This document shows, piece by piece, positions 18,006 to 28,849 of a DNA stretch of 64,000 bases (the stretch's first letter is position 1; the number at the start of each line of letters is the position of its first letter). The notes under the pieces are model-generated. The model saw only the letters and a program-made list of their open reading frames with translations, searched no databases and was not told the DNA's origin. The position numbers and the translations under genes were made by a program. Location of the stretch: assembly GCA_965208125.1 (NCBI GenBank), contig OZ242320.1, positions 4,480,001 to 4,544,000 on the forward strand, given 5' to 3'. This DNA comes from Candidatus Latescibacterota bacterium (GTDB lineage Bacteria; Latescibacterota; UBA2968).

Positions 18006-19541
18006 TTAATTTATTTTTTTAAGTGCGAGTTCATAGCACGCCGCTTCCCGATCATTTCGCACGAGGAGATAGGGTGCGGCAAGTGTGGGGGCGTTCCAGG
18101 TATGGCTGCCCAGGGCGGGAAACCGCGCGCGTTCATTGTGTTCTATTGGCGAGGCATCGACGAGGACGACATCGCCCGATTCGGTCTGGATGAGCAAAAG
18201 GTCATCTACGAGAATGAGTTGCCCGTGCCCGTAGCGCCCTTGCTTCCATTTGCGCTGTCCATCCGCCAGGTCCAAACACACGAGGACGCCGTCGTCCAGT
18301 CCGTAAATATATCCGTCTTTATAGACCATATTGGCAAATTTGGCTTTGAGACGAGGGCTTTTCCATATCCGTTCGGTAGTAAATTCATCCCGACTATTTT
18401 TTGCAATTTGAATCAATTCACTACCAATGCCATAACCCGTTGATACAAAGATGCTGTCTCCGGACAGTGGGATGGGTTGGGCAACGTGTTGCGTCATCCC
18501 AGCATACCAGGGATATTCCCATAGCAACTTGCCGGAAATTGGATCGTGACCCGCGACTTGCCCCCTGTTAAAAATGAGTATTTGATCCATTCCCGCTATG
18601 GAGGCCAGGCTGGGCGAGCTATGACCCGCTCTTGCACGGCCACCTCCCCAGATAATAGCACCGGTTTCTTTGTCATAAGCCATTAGTGATTGCTCGGTTT
18701 GTCCGCCCGGACTCACGATTACCTTGTCGTCTAAAACGAGAGGCGAACCGCTCATGCCCCATTCTTTAACGCGCGCATTGGTTTCTTTCACGGTATCGCG
18801 CGACCAGATTTCTCGACCGGTTTCTAAATCGAGACAGGTGAGAATGCCGGTTGCGCCAAAAGAATAGACGCGGTTGCCCGATATGGTTGGCGTGGCTCGC
18901 GGACCAATTCCGGCAATCGCGGTTTCATATCGCGCGTGCGCGCTGTGACGCCATTTCTCTTTTCCGGTCAATAGATCGTAACAGGCTATGGTTTCGTCTT
19001 CGCCTTTTTGCTCTTGAGTCACAGCCGAGCGTCCAACAACGGCAAAGGCGGAATAGGCTTCACCAACGGGTACGCGCCAGAGTAATTTGGGGGGATTTTG
19101 AACCCAATCGGATTCCAGTTTTATTCCATTGAGGATGGCGTTGCGGTGAGGACCCAAAAATTGAGGATAGTCTATATCGGGACCGCCTGAAGATTGTCCC
19201 GCCACGGATATTGATGTAACAGAAGACCAGCGCCACTCTATCTTGGGAGCCAGATCGCCCGTAAAACCGCGAATTTGAAATAGTGAAACCGCCAGGATGA
19301 ACAGGAGTATAAGAATAATTAGCCCACGCAGGCGGATTTTCCGGCTCGCTCGAGAGAATGCAAAGAACCATAGACAGAGTAAAAAAAAGCCGACTGAGCA
19401 GACGAGTATGGTCGGCATAACCTGCATCTGGCGGTTTGGCCTGTCGGGAAGCCAGATTGCCGATAATACAACGAGCATTAATGCGGCGATAGCAATAGCG
19501 GGCCACCAGCGAATGGATTTGGGATAAAGAGGAGCAGGCAT
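18006..19541 (-). CDS. Membrane-anchored PQQ-like beta-propeller protein
   Basis: Three N-terminal TM segments followed by DYPQFLGPHRN, GPRATP, HSSP and WNAPTLA. Confidence 0.88.
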   Translation of the reverse strand: MPAPLYPKSIRWWPAIAIAALMLVVLSAIWLPDRPNRQMQVMPTILVCSVGFFLLCLWFFAFSRASRKIRLRGLIILILLFILAVSLFQIRGFTGDLAPKIEWRWSSVTSISVAGQSSGGPDIDYPQFLGPHRNAILNGIKLESDWVQNPPKLLWRVPVGEAYSAFAVVGRSAVTQEQKGEDETIACYDLLTGKEKWRHSAHARYETAIAGIGPRATPTISGNRVYSFGATGILTCLDLETGREIWSRDTVKETNARVKEWGMSGSPLVLDDKVIVSPGGQTEQSLMAYDKETGAIIWGGGRARAGHSSPSLASIAGMDQILIFNRGQVAGHDPISGKLLWEYPWYAGMTQHVAQPIPLSGDSIFVSTGYGIGSELIQIAKNSRDEFTTERIWKSPRLKAKFANMVYKDGYIYGLDDGVLVCLDLADGQRKWKQGRYGHGQLILVDDLLLIQTESGDVVLVDASPIEHNERARFPALGSHTWNAPTLAAPYLLVRNDREAACYELALKKIN

Positions 19542-19613
19542 AAAATTCCTTTTTTTAGTTGTTAGAGTTAGTCCACCGACTCTCTATCTCCAACGTAAAC
19601 AAAAAAGAAGGGT

Positions 19614-19642
19614 TTGACAACCATTCATTAAATGGATATTTT
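19614..19642 (+). promoter_or_regulatory. Putative sigma70 promoter with a palindrome in the spacer
   Basis: TTGACA-17 nt-TATTTT. The spacer contains CCATT-N5-AATGG. Confidence 0.5.
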
Positions 19643-19687
19643 GAATCTCTGAATTGCAAAATATCACATCACAGAAAGGAGTTTGCG

Positions 19688-21001
19688 ATGAAGAAATGGC
19701 TTTTGATTTTGATGGGGTTCTGTCTGATTCCGATTCTGGTTCAGGCAAAACACCATGCGGCGAAGGAAACGCAGAATTGGCCCCACCTGCGGGGACCGAA
19801 TGTAAATGGACTCGTAGATACGGGCAATCCCCCTGTGGAGTGGAGCGAAGATACCAATATCCGCTGGAAAGTAAAAATTCCGGGTACTGGTCACGCCACG
19901 CCTATTGTATGGGGCGACAAAATTTTTGTTCAGACAGCAGTTAAAACTGACAAGACCGTAGAAGTCGCCCAGACAGCCAGAAAGGTGCTGCCCACTCATA
20001 TCTATCAATTTAAGCTGCTTGCACTGGATCGCAAAAGTGGCGATGTGGTGTGGGAAAAGACCGTGCGCGAGGCACTGCCCCACGAAGGCACTCATAAAAC
20101 GGCTAATTATGCTTCCACATCGGGTGTTACAGATGGCGAACACCTGTACGCGTTTTTCGGTTCATGGGGCTTGTACTGCTTTGATTTCGACGGCAATTTG
20201 AAATGGGATAAGGACCTGGGTGATATGAGAGTTGCAGGCTCTTTTGGAGAAGGTTCATCGCCGACGATTCACGGTAATACGCTGATTATCAACTGGGATC
20301 ACCAGGGTGCTTCGTTTATTGTCGCGCTGGACAAGCGCACGGGTGAGGAAATCTGGCGCACGGCGCGACGGGAAAGAACGACGTGGACCACGCCCATCGT
20401 TGTCGAACACAAGGGCACGCAACAGATTATTGTGGGCGCGAGCGGAAAGACCCGAAGTTACGATCTCAAAACTGGTGATGTATTATGGGAATGCGCGGGA
20501 CTGGGATCAAATGTCATTCCCACCGCCGTCTATGCCGATGGCATCGTCTATGTTACAAGTGGCCATAGAGACCCGGCCATGCTGGCGATTTCACTCGATA
20601 AAGCCAAAGGCGATATTACGGGTACAGATGCCGTGCTCTGGACTGTTACTGGCAACTTTACCCCTTATGTTTCCTCGCCTCTTCTTTCCGGAAACAATAT
20701 CTATAGCATGAGAAAAACTACTAACATTTTGTTCTGTTTCAATGCCAAAACAGGCGAAAAAGTTTTCGGTCCCGAGCGGCTCCAGGGCCTGAATCGCATA
20801 TACTCTCCGCTGGTTGGCACAAGCGACCGCATTTACCTCGCCGGGCTGGCTGGCACGACATTTGTGATCAAGAACGGTGGCGAATTTGAAGTGCTCGCAA
20901 AAAACGAACTCGACGAGGGTACCGGTGCATCTCCCATTATCGCGGGTGATGAGTTGTATTTGCGCGGCAGTGAACATCTCTATTGTATTGCGGCAAATTA
21001 A
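19688..21001 (+). CDS. Exported PQQ-like beta-propeller protein
   Basis: AAGGAG RBS, signal peptide, NWPHLRGP, GHATPIVWGD, FGEGSSP and PYVSSP. Confidence 0.9.
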   Translation: MKKWLLILMGFCLIPILVQAKHHAAKETQNWPHLRGPNVNGLVDTGNPPVEWSEDTNIRWKVKIPGTGHATPIVWGDKIFVQTAVKTDKTVEVAQTARKVLPTHIYQFKLLALDRKSGDVVWEKTVREALPHEGTHKTANYASTSGVTDGEHLYAFFGSWGLYCFDFDGNLKWDKDLGDMRVAGSFGEGSSPTIHGNTLIINWDHQGASFIVALDKRTGEEIWRTARRERTTWTTPIVVEHKGTQQIIVGASGKTRSYDLKTGDVLWECAGLGSNVIPTAVYADGIVYVTSGHRDPAMLAISLDKAKGDITGTDAVLWTVTGNFTPYVSSPLLSGNNIYSMRKTTNILFCFNAKTGEKVFGPERLQGLNRIYSPLVGTSDRIYLAGLAGTTFVIKNGGEFEVLAKNELDEGTGASPIIAGDELYLRGSEHLYCIAAN

Positions 21002-21013
21002 AAGAGGATAGCT

Positions 21014-21964
21014 ATGCGGCACAAAGCATTACTCATCTTTGCTGTAGCTTTGTTCATCGGGTGTGGCGCGCCTCAGGATCGAGAGGATAAATTTCTCAGC
21101 GTGGGCACGGCGCCGCCCGGTGGTGCGTTTTTTGTCGTGGGGGGGGCGATTGCTCAGGTTGTCAACGATCACATGACCTGGGAGGTCTCTGCCGAGGCGA
21201 CCAAAGGCACGCAGGAGAATATTCGCCGCCTTTCGAGTGGGGAACTGGATTTCGCGCTGGCCAATGCCGCGATTTCCTATTTTGCCGTGCGCGGAGAAGG
21301 CGCGTGGGGAGAGAAACAGAATATCAATGCGGTTATGACATTGGCGCCGAATGTCGCGCTTTTTATTGCGCCACAAAGCGCGGGTGTCAATGGTTTGGGG
21401 GACCTCAAGGGCAAGCGCGTTGTCGTGGGACCAGCAGGGGCGGGATTTGAGTATTTCTTAAGACCCATCCTGAACGCGCACGGAGTCACTTATGACGATT
21501 TCACACCGCTTTACAATACGCAGGCGGGAACGGTTGACATGCTCGCCGACGGATCGGCTGCGGCTGCTTTTTTAGGGGGCGCAGTGCCCACGGCCTCGAT
21601 CACTCAGGCCAGTGCGTCTCAGGATATTTATTTTATTCCCTACGATGAATCGGCCAAACAAAGCCTTTTTGAGACCTATCCCTTCTTTTTTGCCGCAACG
21701 ATTCCCGCCAATACGTACCGGGGGCAAGCAGAAGATTTCGCCGGGATGAATGTCGGTTCTATGCATCTCATCACGCGGGCGAGTTTGAGCGAAGATACGG
21801 TTTACAATTTTACCAAAACGCTCTATGAACGCCGTGAAGAAGTCGTAAAAAAACACCCGGCGGGCAGGGCGATAAATCCCAAGAATATCGTTCGAGATAC
21901 AGGGACGCCTTTTCATCCGGGTGCGATAAAATATTTCAAAGAAATTGGTATCTGGAGCGAATAG
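21014..21964 (+). CDS. TAXI-family TRAP transporter solute-binding lipoprotein
   Basis: Lipobox-like FIGC, VGTAPPGG, EATKGTQEN and C-terminal PFHPGAIKYFKE. Confidence 0.92.
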   Translation: MRHKALLIFAVALFIGCGAPQDREDKFLSVGTAPPGGAFFVVGGAIAQVVNDHMTWEVSAEATKGTQENIRRLSSGELDFALANAAISYFAVRGEGAWGEKQNINAVMTLAPNVALFIAPQSAGVNGLGDLKGKRVVVGPAGAGFEYFLRPILNAHGVTYDDFTPLYNTQAGTVDMLADGSAAAAFLGGAVPTASITQASASQDIYFIPYDESAKQSLFETYPFFFAATIPANTYRGQAEDFAGMNVGSMHLITRASLSEDTVYNFTKTLYERREEVVKKHPAGRAINPKNIVRDTGTPFHPGAIKYFKEIGIWSE

Positions 21965-21968
21965 ACGC

Positions 21969-23855
21969 ATGACGCGCCTCTATTCCCACCTGTTTCGCAT
22001 TATCTCTGCGCTGCTCGGTCTTTTTATTCTGGTCGAAGTCAATTATCCGCAACTCTCACCACAAGCCCAGCTATCGGTTTTTGCCCTGCTGGGCTTGTGT
22101 CTTGTGTTCCTCAAATATCCGATCCACTCCAATAAATCCCTTCAGATCCTCGATCTCTTTTTCGTTCTGGCAGTTGTTTTCTGTTTTGGTTATGTCCTGA
22201 CCCAGACTGAATCCCTCTTTCAATTTTCCTGGCTCAATGGGCAATCCCTGGGCAATCGCGCGGGACTCGAACACGCGCTCGATCACGTTGTCGGACTCAT
22301 CGGGCTTATCCTGGTCTTGGAAGCAACCCGTCGCGCCATTGGTCTCACCCTGCCCCTGCTCGCATTCGTCTTTTTGATTTATGCCGCTTATGGATATCTC
22401 CTGCCCGACTGGCTCTTTCCACACCGCGGATATAACTGGGAGCGCATTGTCTCTCAGACCTATCTCCACTCTCAGGGCGTTTTTGGCATCGCGTTGAAGG
22501 TGATGTTTACCTACGTTTTTCTTTTTGTGCTTTTTGGCACTGTACTCGAAGAGACTGGCGCTACGGGATATATTCTGAATACGGCTCGGCGCATTTTTCG
22601 CCGTAGCACCGGGGGACCAGCCAAAGTGGCTGTTATTTCTTCGGGTATGATGGGGTCGCTTTCGGGCAGTGCCGTGGCCAATACGGCGACTACTGGCACG
22701 TTTACCATTCCGCTGATGCGCTCAACGGGTTTTCGTCCAACTGTGGCTGGCGGCATTGAAGCCGCAGCGAGTTCGGGTGGTGCGCTCGTTCCGCCCATTA
22801 TGGGGGCGGGGGCATATATGATGCTCGAAATCGTCGAACCGGCTGTCACGTATTTGGAGATCATCAAAGCTGCTCTGGTTCCGGCGATTCTCTATTACGC
22901 AGCTCTTTTGCTGATTGTCCATTTCCACGCCAAGCGCATTGGCGTGTCTGCAAGTGATGGAGAGACTCCTGAGCGTCCTCCCAGACCCCGTGGCCTGGTA
23001 TTTCTCGTCGCATTCATCACACTTATTGTGTTTCTCATTTTGGGATATACACCTTTTCGCGCCGTGAGTATCGCCCTGCTCTTTGTCCTCATTGTCGGTG
23101 CGTTTAGCTCCACAACGCGCGTTGGGCCTCGCGCTATGATCCGCGCATTGGAAAAGGCCGCGCACGGCGGTGTCTCGCTTATTGCAGCGGCTTCATGCGT
23201 GGGTATTATTATCGGTGTTGTGACGCTCACGGGGATTGGCACAAAATTGCCGAGCACTTTGTTGCCACTGGCACAGAATAATATCATTCTGGCACTAATT
23301 CTCCTTATGGTCTCCACCATTATCCTGGGGATGGGCTTGCCTTCAGCCGTGTGTTATCTGCTTATGGCGACTCTGGTGGGACCTGTTCTGAGCGATCTCG
23401 GCATTGTGCCATTGGGCGCGCATCTGTTTATTTTTTATTTTGGCATGATGTCTATGGTTACGCCTCCGGTTGCGCTGGCGGCGTACACGGCTGCCGCTAT
23501 TGCAAAGGCGAGTATTATGCAAACCGGCGTTACGGCTTTCCGCTTTGCCCTTGTGGGCTTTGCTTTGCCTTATGCCTTTGTTCTGCATCCAGAAATTTTG
23601 CTTTTGTCCTCTGATATTCCCGCTATAATCGCCAATATTCTCGTCGTCCTGCTCGGTATTTTACCCCTATCAGCCGCGGCGGCCGGGCATGCTTTTGCCC
23701 CTTTGCCCACTTATCAGCGCGTCCTTTTACTCGCCGCAGCCCTTCTCTTATTCCTCACGCCGTCGGGGGATGCCCGCCTTTATTTGCAGGGTATCGCGCT
23801 GCTCATCGCCGGTGTCACCGCGATCTCAAACTATCGGTCTGCTCATCAGGATTGA
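21969..23855 (+). CDS. TRAP transporter fused 4TM/12TM permease
   Basis: GGPAKVAV, SGSAVAN, GGALVPPIMGAGA, LGMGLP and MVTPPVALA. Confidence 0.93.
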   Translation: MTRLYSHLFRIISALLGLFILVEVNYPQLSPQAQLSVFALLGLCLVFLKYPIHSNKSLQILDLFFVLAVVFCFGYVLTQTESLFQFSWLNGQSLGNRAGLEHALDHVVGLIGLILVLEATRRAIGLTLPLLAFVFLIYAAYGYLLPDWLFPHRGYNWERIVSQTYLHSQGVFGIALKVMFTYVFLFVLFGTVLEETGATGYILNTARRIFRRSTGGPAKVAVISSGMMGSLSGSAVANTATTGTFTIPLMRSTGFRPTVAGGIEAAASSGGALVPPIMGAGAYMMLEIVEPAVTYLEIIKAALVPAILYYAALLLIVHFHAKRIGVSASDGETPERPPRPRGLVFLVAFITLIVFLILGYTPFRAVSIALLFVLIVGAFSSTTRVGPRAMIRALEKAAHGGVSLIAAASCVGIIIGVVTLTGIGTKLPSTLLPLAQNNIILALILLMVSTIILGMGLPSAVCYLLMATLVGPVLSDLGIVPLGAHLFIFYFGMMSMVTPPVALAAYTAAAIAKASIMQTGVTAFRFALVGFALPYAFVLHPEILLLSSDIPAIIANILVVLLGILPLSAAAAGHAFAPLPTYQRVLLLAAALLLFLTPSGDARLYLQGIALLIAGVTAISNYRSAHQD

Positions 23856-26113
23856 ATGGTCAAATCTTCTGATCCAGATGATAGAGAAAGAACGGTGCTT
23901 TCATCGGGGCACAGGTTGATTTGCGCCGTTGTATTTCCAGCAGAAAGTGCGATTTGATTTTCTGATGCAGTTATTGAGAAGTCGGGAGCACTCTCTCCGG
24001 GACCTCGGACAGAGAAAATCGCGGCAATCCGACAGCGTTTTACGCGTTCTGTCTCGGCTGTAAAATGCCATCGTTTTTCCGGCAATTCTTTATCGAGGGT
24101 TGGATAGCCTTTATCTGGCGGTACGGGCCAGTCGTCTGTCTGGCTGAGGCTAAGGTCTGTTGATCCAAAAAGCTGACCCTTTAATGATGCGCCGTTGCGA
24201 CTGGATGTGACAGTCGTCGCATTGAGATCAAACTTTTCGAATGCGTGCAGCAACCACTGGAATGTCGATGCTTCGGGGGCTTCCAATTCATCGACGAGAA
24301 TTGTGATCGACGGACGGATCATCACGAGATGTCGTCTGTATCGGTTCAACTGGTCCCCATAAGCGTTTTCCGCTTTGCCACAGACATATCCAAACGGATG
24401 CGTGGTCTTAAAATCGATAATTTCGCCTCCGCGGTTGCCATCCCGGTTGATCGCGCCTTCGCCATTGACGAGAACGCAGTTGTGTGAAATCGAGTGCTGT
24501 GCGTATTCGTTGTGAAATGGTGTGCCGTGATGCGGAAAACGAAGGCCACCAGTGCATATTAAAGCGTGTCCGCCTTTCATTACTGCAAAGTCATTCTGGC
24601 TCGCATGACCGTGGCTTACGCCGCCAAAGGGCGATGAACGAAAGAGGACCATAAAATCACTGTCCGGGTGTTCGATATCGCTGTGCAATGCGCCCCAGCC
24701 GACGCCCCGAAAGGCGCGGTCTTGTGATATTGTATCTTTTTCTTTTGGGATGGGCTTGTCTTCGAGGAGAATGCCGGGGAAGGGATCTATTTCTGCGGGA
24801 TGCCCATCGGGGTCGCGCACCTGATCCGCCCAGACGCGCAGCCGGTGATTTTGCAGTCTGAGACCGTGAAATTGAAGAAAGGTTCTGGCTTGCGAGGCGC
24901 GAACGGGCTGATCTTCGGTATCGCCAAATGGCATAAGCTCGCCAATAGGGGAAACGACGTAATAAAAAAACCACGGCATGTTCTGATAATAGGGTTTGAG
25001 CCATATATCGTGTCCGGTCGCCAGTTTCCAGGCGTGAAAAGGCATTGCGTCCCGCGAGTTGTAAGACAGGCCATAGGGTACGCCCTGTGCCCAGCCACCT
25101 TCATGTCCGGCCCAATGGGGAAAATTCGTGGCAATAAGTTTGAGTGCGTATTCCGCCCATGAAGGCGCGCGTTCATCTTCGGCACGGGCTATGGCGTGTT
25201 CGAGTAAAAAGCCCGGTAGGCGACCGTTGTGGCTCTCTTCGGGCGTGAATGTATAATCGTGTTTCTCCAGTCTGCGAATCATCTGGTCCGCCCGCGCGTC
25301 GAGCATGCGCGCGACGAGTTCCCGTTCGTCTTCGGTAAAAATATCGTATATCCAATCATAGACTTCCGCGCCCGCTCTGAGCAATCCGAGGCCGACTTCG
25401 TCGCCATAAGGCGCGAGAATAGAGGATATGCCCTCCACATCCCACTGCGCGGCGTCAACAATAAAGCGCCGGGCGGCCTCGCCGTATCGCTTTTCTCCAG
25501 TGAGTAAATAAAAGAGGGCAAGTGTTCGCATGCCACCATCGTGATATTTTCGCATGGTGCCAAAACACTCGACATAAGCCAGCCTGCGTTCGGCGGGGTC
25601 TTCAATCTGATCGTATGTCGGTTCTGGTGGTAGTTCGAGTGTGAGCGCGTGGTCGGCGTCTTTTTTCAGAGCTTCATAAGCTTCTGCTCGGGTGGATGTT
25701 AGCGAGCGTCGCACGTCTTTTAGGTCAGATGCCAGAAAGAAGAGACGCGGGCGTTCTTTTGGGACATTTGCCAGCAGTGTAGCGGCGTCTGGATGAGGTT
25801 GTTCGGCAGCGCAATCGGCAATTTCAAAAGATCGGCATTCCGAGCGCGCTTGAACTGCGCCAGCTACAATGGCCTGTACATGCCAGTCGTAAGTTCCGGG
25901 GGCAAAAGCGCGGTCTGGATGGTGTATGGGATCGGAGAGCAGGGGAGATTCATAGTAGGGTTTTCCATCGCGTACGACAATGACGCGATACTGACATGCA
26001 CCCCGATCAGCAGCCCGCCACCAGCTAAAGCCGGGGGGTGAGAGTGTGAGTGTTTCACCGTGAAGTGGACGAATATAATTAGATCGTGGTGGACGAATGG
26101 ATGGAAAGTTCAT
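23846..26113 (-). CDS. DUF4962/heparinase II/III-family polysaccharide lyase
   Basis: N-terminal PPGFSW, RPRLF, GGWAQG..Y, PFGD, SHGHASQNDF and SHNCVLVNG. Confidence 0.8.
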   Translation of the reverse strand: MNFPSIRPPRSNYIRPLHGETLTLSPPGFSWWRAADRGACQYRVIVVRDGKPYYESPLLSDPIHHPDRAFAPGTYDWHVQAIVAGAVQARSECRSFEIADCAAEQPHPDAATLLANVPKERPRLFFLASDLKDVRRSLTSTRAEAYEALKKDADHALTLELPPEPTYDQIEDPAERRLAYVECFGTMRKYHDGGMRTLALFYLLTGEKRYGEAARRFIVDAAQWDVEGISSILAPYGDEVGLGLLRAGAEVYDWIYDIFTEDERELVARMLDARADQMIRRLEKHDYTFTPEESHNGRLPGFLLEHAIARAEDERAPSWAEYALKLIATNFPHWAGHEGGWAQGVPYGLSYNSRDAMPFHAWKLATGHDIWLKPYYQNMPWFFYYVVSPIGELMPFGDTEDQPVRASQARTFLQFHGLRLQNHRLRVWADQVRDPDGHPAEIDPFPGILLEDKPIPKEKDTISQDRAFRGVGWGALHSDIEHPDSDFMVLFRSSPFGGVSHGHASQNDFAVMKGGHALICTGGLRFPHHGTPFHNEYAQHSISHNCVLVNGEGAINRDGNRGGEIIDFKTTHPFGYVCGKAENAYGDQLNRYRRHLVMIRPSITILVDELEAPEASTFQWLLHAFEKFDLNATTVTSSRNGASLKGQLFGSTDLSLSQTDDWPVPPDKGYPTLDKELPEKRWHFTAETERVKRCRIAAIFSVRGPGESAPDFSITASENQIALSAGNTTAQINLCPDESTVLSLSSGSEDLTIQS

Positions 26114-26131
26114 ATTTATGTCCTTTCTGTT

Positions 26132-27292
26132 TTAAGACCACAATTCCGTGCCATCGGGCAGGTGTTTTAATATTTCTTCTTCGTCTAATTCGATGCCCAG
26201 TCCGGGACCATCTGGCACAGTGATGTATCCATTTTGAATCGGATTTTTGATATTTAACATGGTTGACCAGAGTGGGATATTGGCCGAGTGATATTCCAGA
26301 GCCAAAAAGTTAGGTATGGTGGAACAGATGTGTACGGCAGCTATGCCGGCTACTGTGCTCGCCATATAATGCGGTGCGATCGACATGTGATACATTTCTG
26401 CCAATTCTGCAATGCGCCGAGTTTCTATGGCACCACCACTGCGCGGTATGTCGGGTTCGAGCAGGTCGCACGCGCCCTTTTCCATGAGTTCTCGAAATAG
26501 CTTTGCGCCGTAAAAGATCTCGCCTGTACAAATCGGCGTTTCTGTTTGCATACAAATTTTTGCCAGGGCATCTACGTTACCCCATTCCCATCGGATCGGG
26601 TCTTCCAACCACAATAAGTCGAGGTGTTCCACATCTTTGCATATCCGCAGACCATCAATCGCGTTAAACGATCCGTGCAGGTCAATCGACAAATCGATAT
26701 ACGGCCCAATTGCATCGCGTAACGCTTCAATTGTCGTCACGATATGTTCGTGTTGCCGCCGTCCGACAGACCGATCGTACACGTCTATTTTCCAGGGGTT
26801 GGGAACGTCCAGGTCGAATTTTAGGGCTGTAAATCCTTCGGCAACGCGTTCTTTTGCCCGCGCTACATAGCTCGATGTTTCATATACGGGGTCTAATTCA
26901 TCCGATGCCCGGACTTCATCCCAGCGCCGATTATAGTCTTCTTGTGTCCAGTACGCGCCCGAATGGCAATCGCAATACATGCGCACTTTGTCGCGCAGCT
27001 TGCCTCCCAGGAGGTCGCACATCGGCACGCCCAATGCTTTGCCTTTAATATCCCAGAGTGCGATTTCCACTCCGGCACCAGCGCCCTGCATACGCCACAG
27101 GTGATCGTGATGCAATTGGTTCACGTTAGTCGGGTCTTGTCCGAGTAGCGTATTCTTCAGTTGATCAACCGATTGTCCTCCGCGCCATTCACCCAATCCC
27201 TCAATGCCTTCATCTGTGACAATTTTCAATAACGACCAGTGTCGGCAGGCAGCCCCCAAAGAGGGCGTTTTTTGTATATCTACGATTTTCAT
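26132..27292 (-). CDS. Enolase-superfamily (mandelate racemase-like) sugar-acid dehydratase
   Basis: GVEIALWDIKGK, KFD, DLH, WLEDP, TGE, PH and PDGPGLG. Confidence 0.9.
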   Translation of the reverse strand: MKIVDIQKTPSLGAACRHWSLLKIVTDEGIEGLGEWRGGQSVDQLKNTLLGQDPTNVNQLHHDHLWRMQGAGAGVEIALWDIKGKALGVPMCDLLGGKLRDKVRMYCDCHSGAYWTQEDYNRRWDEVRASDELDPVYETSSYVARAKERVAEGFTALKFDLDVPNPWKIDVYDRSVGRRQHEHIVTTIEALRDAIGPYIDLSIDLHGSFNAIDGLRICKDVEHLDLLWLEDPIRWEWGNVDALAKICMQTETPICTGEIFYGAKLFRELMEKGACDLLEPDIPRSGGAIETRRIAELAEMYHMSIAPHYMASTVAGIAAVHICSTIPNFLALEYHSANIPLWSTMLNIKNPIQNGYITVPDGPGLGIELDEEEILKHLPDGTELWS

Positions 27293-27305
27293 GTTACCTC
27301 CTGTA

Positions 27306-28706
27306 TCAATATCCCCAAATTCGTTTTTTTGGCCGTTCCATTTCGATCAATCTTTTGATCAATAGATGTCGATGTTCAATCCGCGCATTTGTGTGGTCTG
27401 GATCTTGCGCCACATCGCGGTATTCGCCCCATTCGGCGTTGAGGTCATAGAGAGATTCTCGTCCATCGTCATGCGCGATGTAGCGATAGTTCTCAGAACG
27501 AATCATTTTCCAACCCGTGGCCTCCATCAATGCGACTGGTTTGTCTGGATCTTTTTCTCCGTTGAAAACGGGATATAGCGATTGGCCCTGTAAATGGGGT
27601 GGAGTGGGGACACCGCAGGCTTCGAGCAAGGTGGGGAGTACATCCACGCCTTCGACGATGCTCGATACACGACGCCCGCTTTCTTTTCCGGGGATGCGCA
27701 TCAGCAGGGGGACGCGGCTGACACAATCGTGTCCCGGGTAGCCTTTTCCATAGCGCAAATGTTCGCCCAACCACTCGCCGTGGTCGGATGTGAAGACTAC
27801 AATTGTTTCATCTGCAATGTCCAATTCATCCAGCGCGTCTAACATGCGTCCCACATGGTGATCGACTTCGCTGACCATGCCGTAATATCCCTGTCGCGCG
27901 AGGCGAAGCTCGCGATCGCCGTAGTTATTTTCATTGCGTTTTTTATCGATTTCTGGCGGGAAGGATGGCAAGGTCATTTGATCGGGATCGTACAGGTCCA
28001 GAAAACGCTGTGGCGCAACCCAGGGCGAATGTGGGGAGTAAATTCCCGCGATGCACAAAAACGGGCGGCCTTCACGCGCGCGTTCAGCCATGTATTGTAT
28101 TGACCGGCCCGCCACCCACGCCGTGTGTGTGTATTCATCTTTTCCGCGAAAGGGGATGGGATGTTTGGGGAATCGCTCATCGGGATGATGCACACCGTCT
28201 TTTACGCCCATCATTTGATGCCAGCGCTCTGCCAGTGGCGGCAATCCGAGGCTCAAATGATCGAGTTGGTCCGGGGCTTCTATGCGTACCCAGGCGCGAT
28301 AAGCGTCTTCGTAACAGCCGGGTTCGTCGCTGATCTCCAGATGGTTAAATCCATAATCGGGATGTGTTTCGCTGTGGTCCCGGTTGGCGTGTGGCAAAAA
28401 GTGCAATTTGCCGATATTTGCCGAGTGATATCCCGAATTGTGCAGCAATTTGGGCAATGTCATAAAGTCTTCGGGCACGGGTACACCCATGTGCGTAATG
28501 CCGAGTGTGGAGGGATATTGTCCGGTCAAAAAACTCACCCGACTGGGCATGCACACGGGGTTCTGGACAAAGTAGTGATCGAAGTTTATACCCTCGCTTG
28601 CCAGACGATCCAGATTTGGCGTCTGGATATCGGTATTTCCATTCACACCCATGGCATCCCACCGCTGCTGGTCGGTGTAAATCAATAATATATTCGGTCG
28701 TTTCAT
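27306..28706 (-). CDS. Cys-type sulfatase
   Basis: RPNILLIYTDQQR, CMPSR, GKLH and TSDHGE. Start at 28706 follows an AAGGA RBS. Confidence 0.93.
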   Translation of the reverse strand: MKRPNILLIYTDQQRWDAMGVNGNTDIQTPNLDRLASEGINFDHYFVQNPVCMPSRVSFLTGQYPSTLGITHMGVPVPEDFMTLPKLLHNSGYHSANIGKLHFLPHANRDHSETHPDYGFNHLEISDEPGCYEDAYRAWVRIEAPDQLDHLSLGLPPLAERWHQMMGVKDGVHHPDERFPKHPIPFRGKDEYTHTAWVAGRSIQYMAERAREGRPFLCIAGIYSPHSPWVAPQRFLDLYDPDQMTLPSFPPEIDKKRNENNYGDRELRLARQGYYGMVSEVDHHVGRMLDALDELDIADETIVVFTSDHGEWLGEHLRYGKGYPGHDCVSRVPLLMRIPGKESGRRVSSIVEGVDVLPTLLEACGVPTPPHLQGQSLYPVFNGEKDPDKPVALMEATGWKMIRSENYRYIAHDDGRESLYDLNAEWGEYRDVAQDPDHTNARIEHRHLLIKRLIEMERPKKRIWGY

Positions 28707-28849
28707 GCTGTTCCTTTCTTTTATGTGATAAGGTTGTCCATAATACCCAAATTTACCGCCAAAATCCACTGCCTTTTCCCTTGACACATCGCCCTTTTGA
28801 TGCGACTTTGACGGACCTCTGGTGCCATATATAAACTGTGGAGTTGAGC

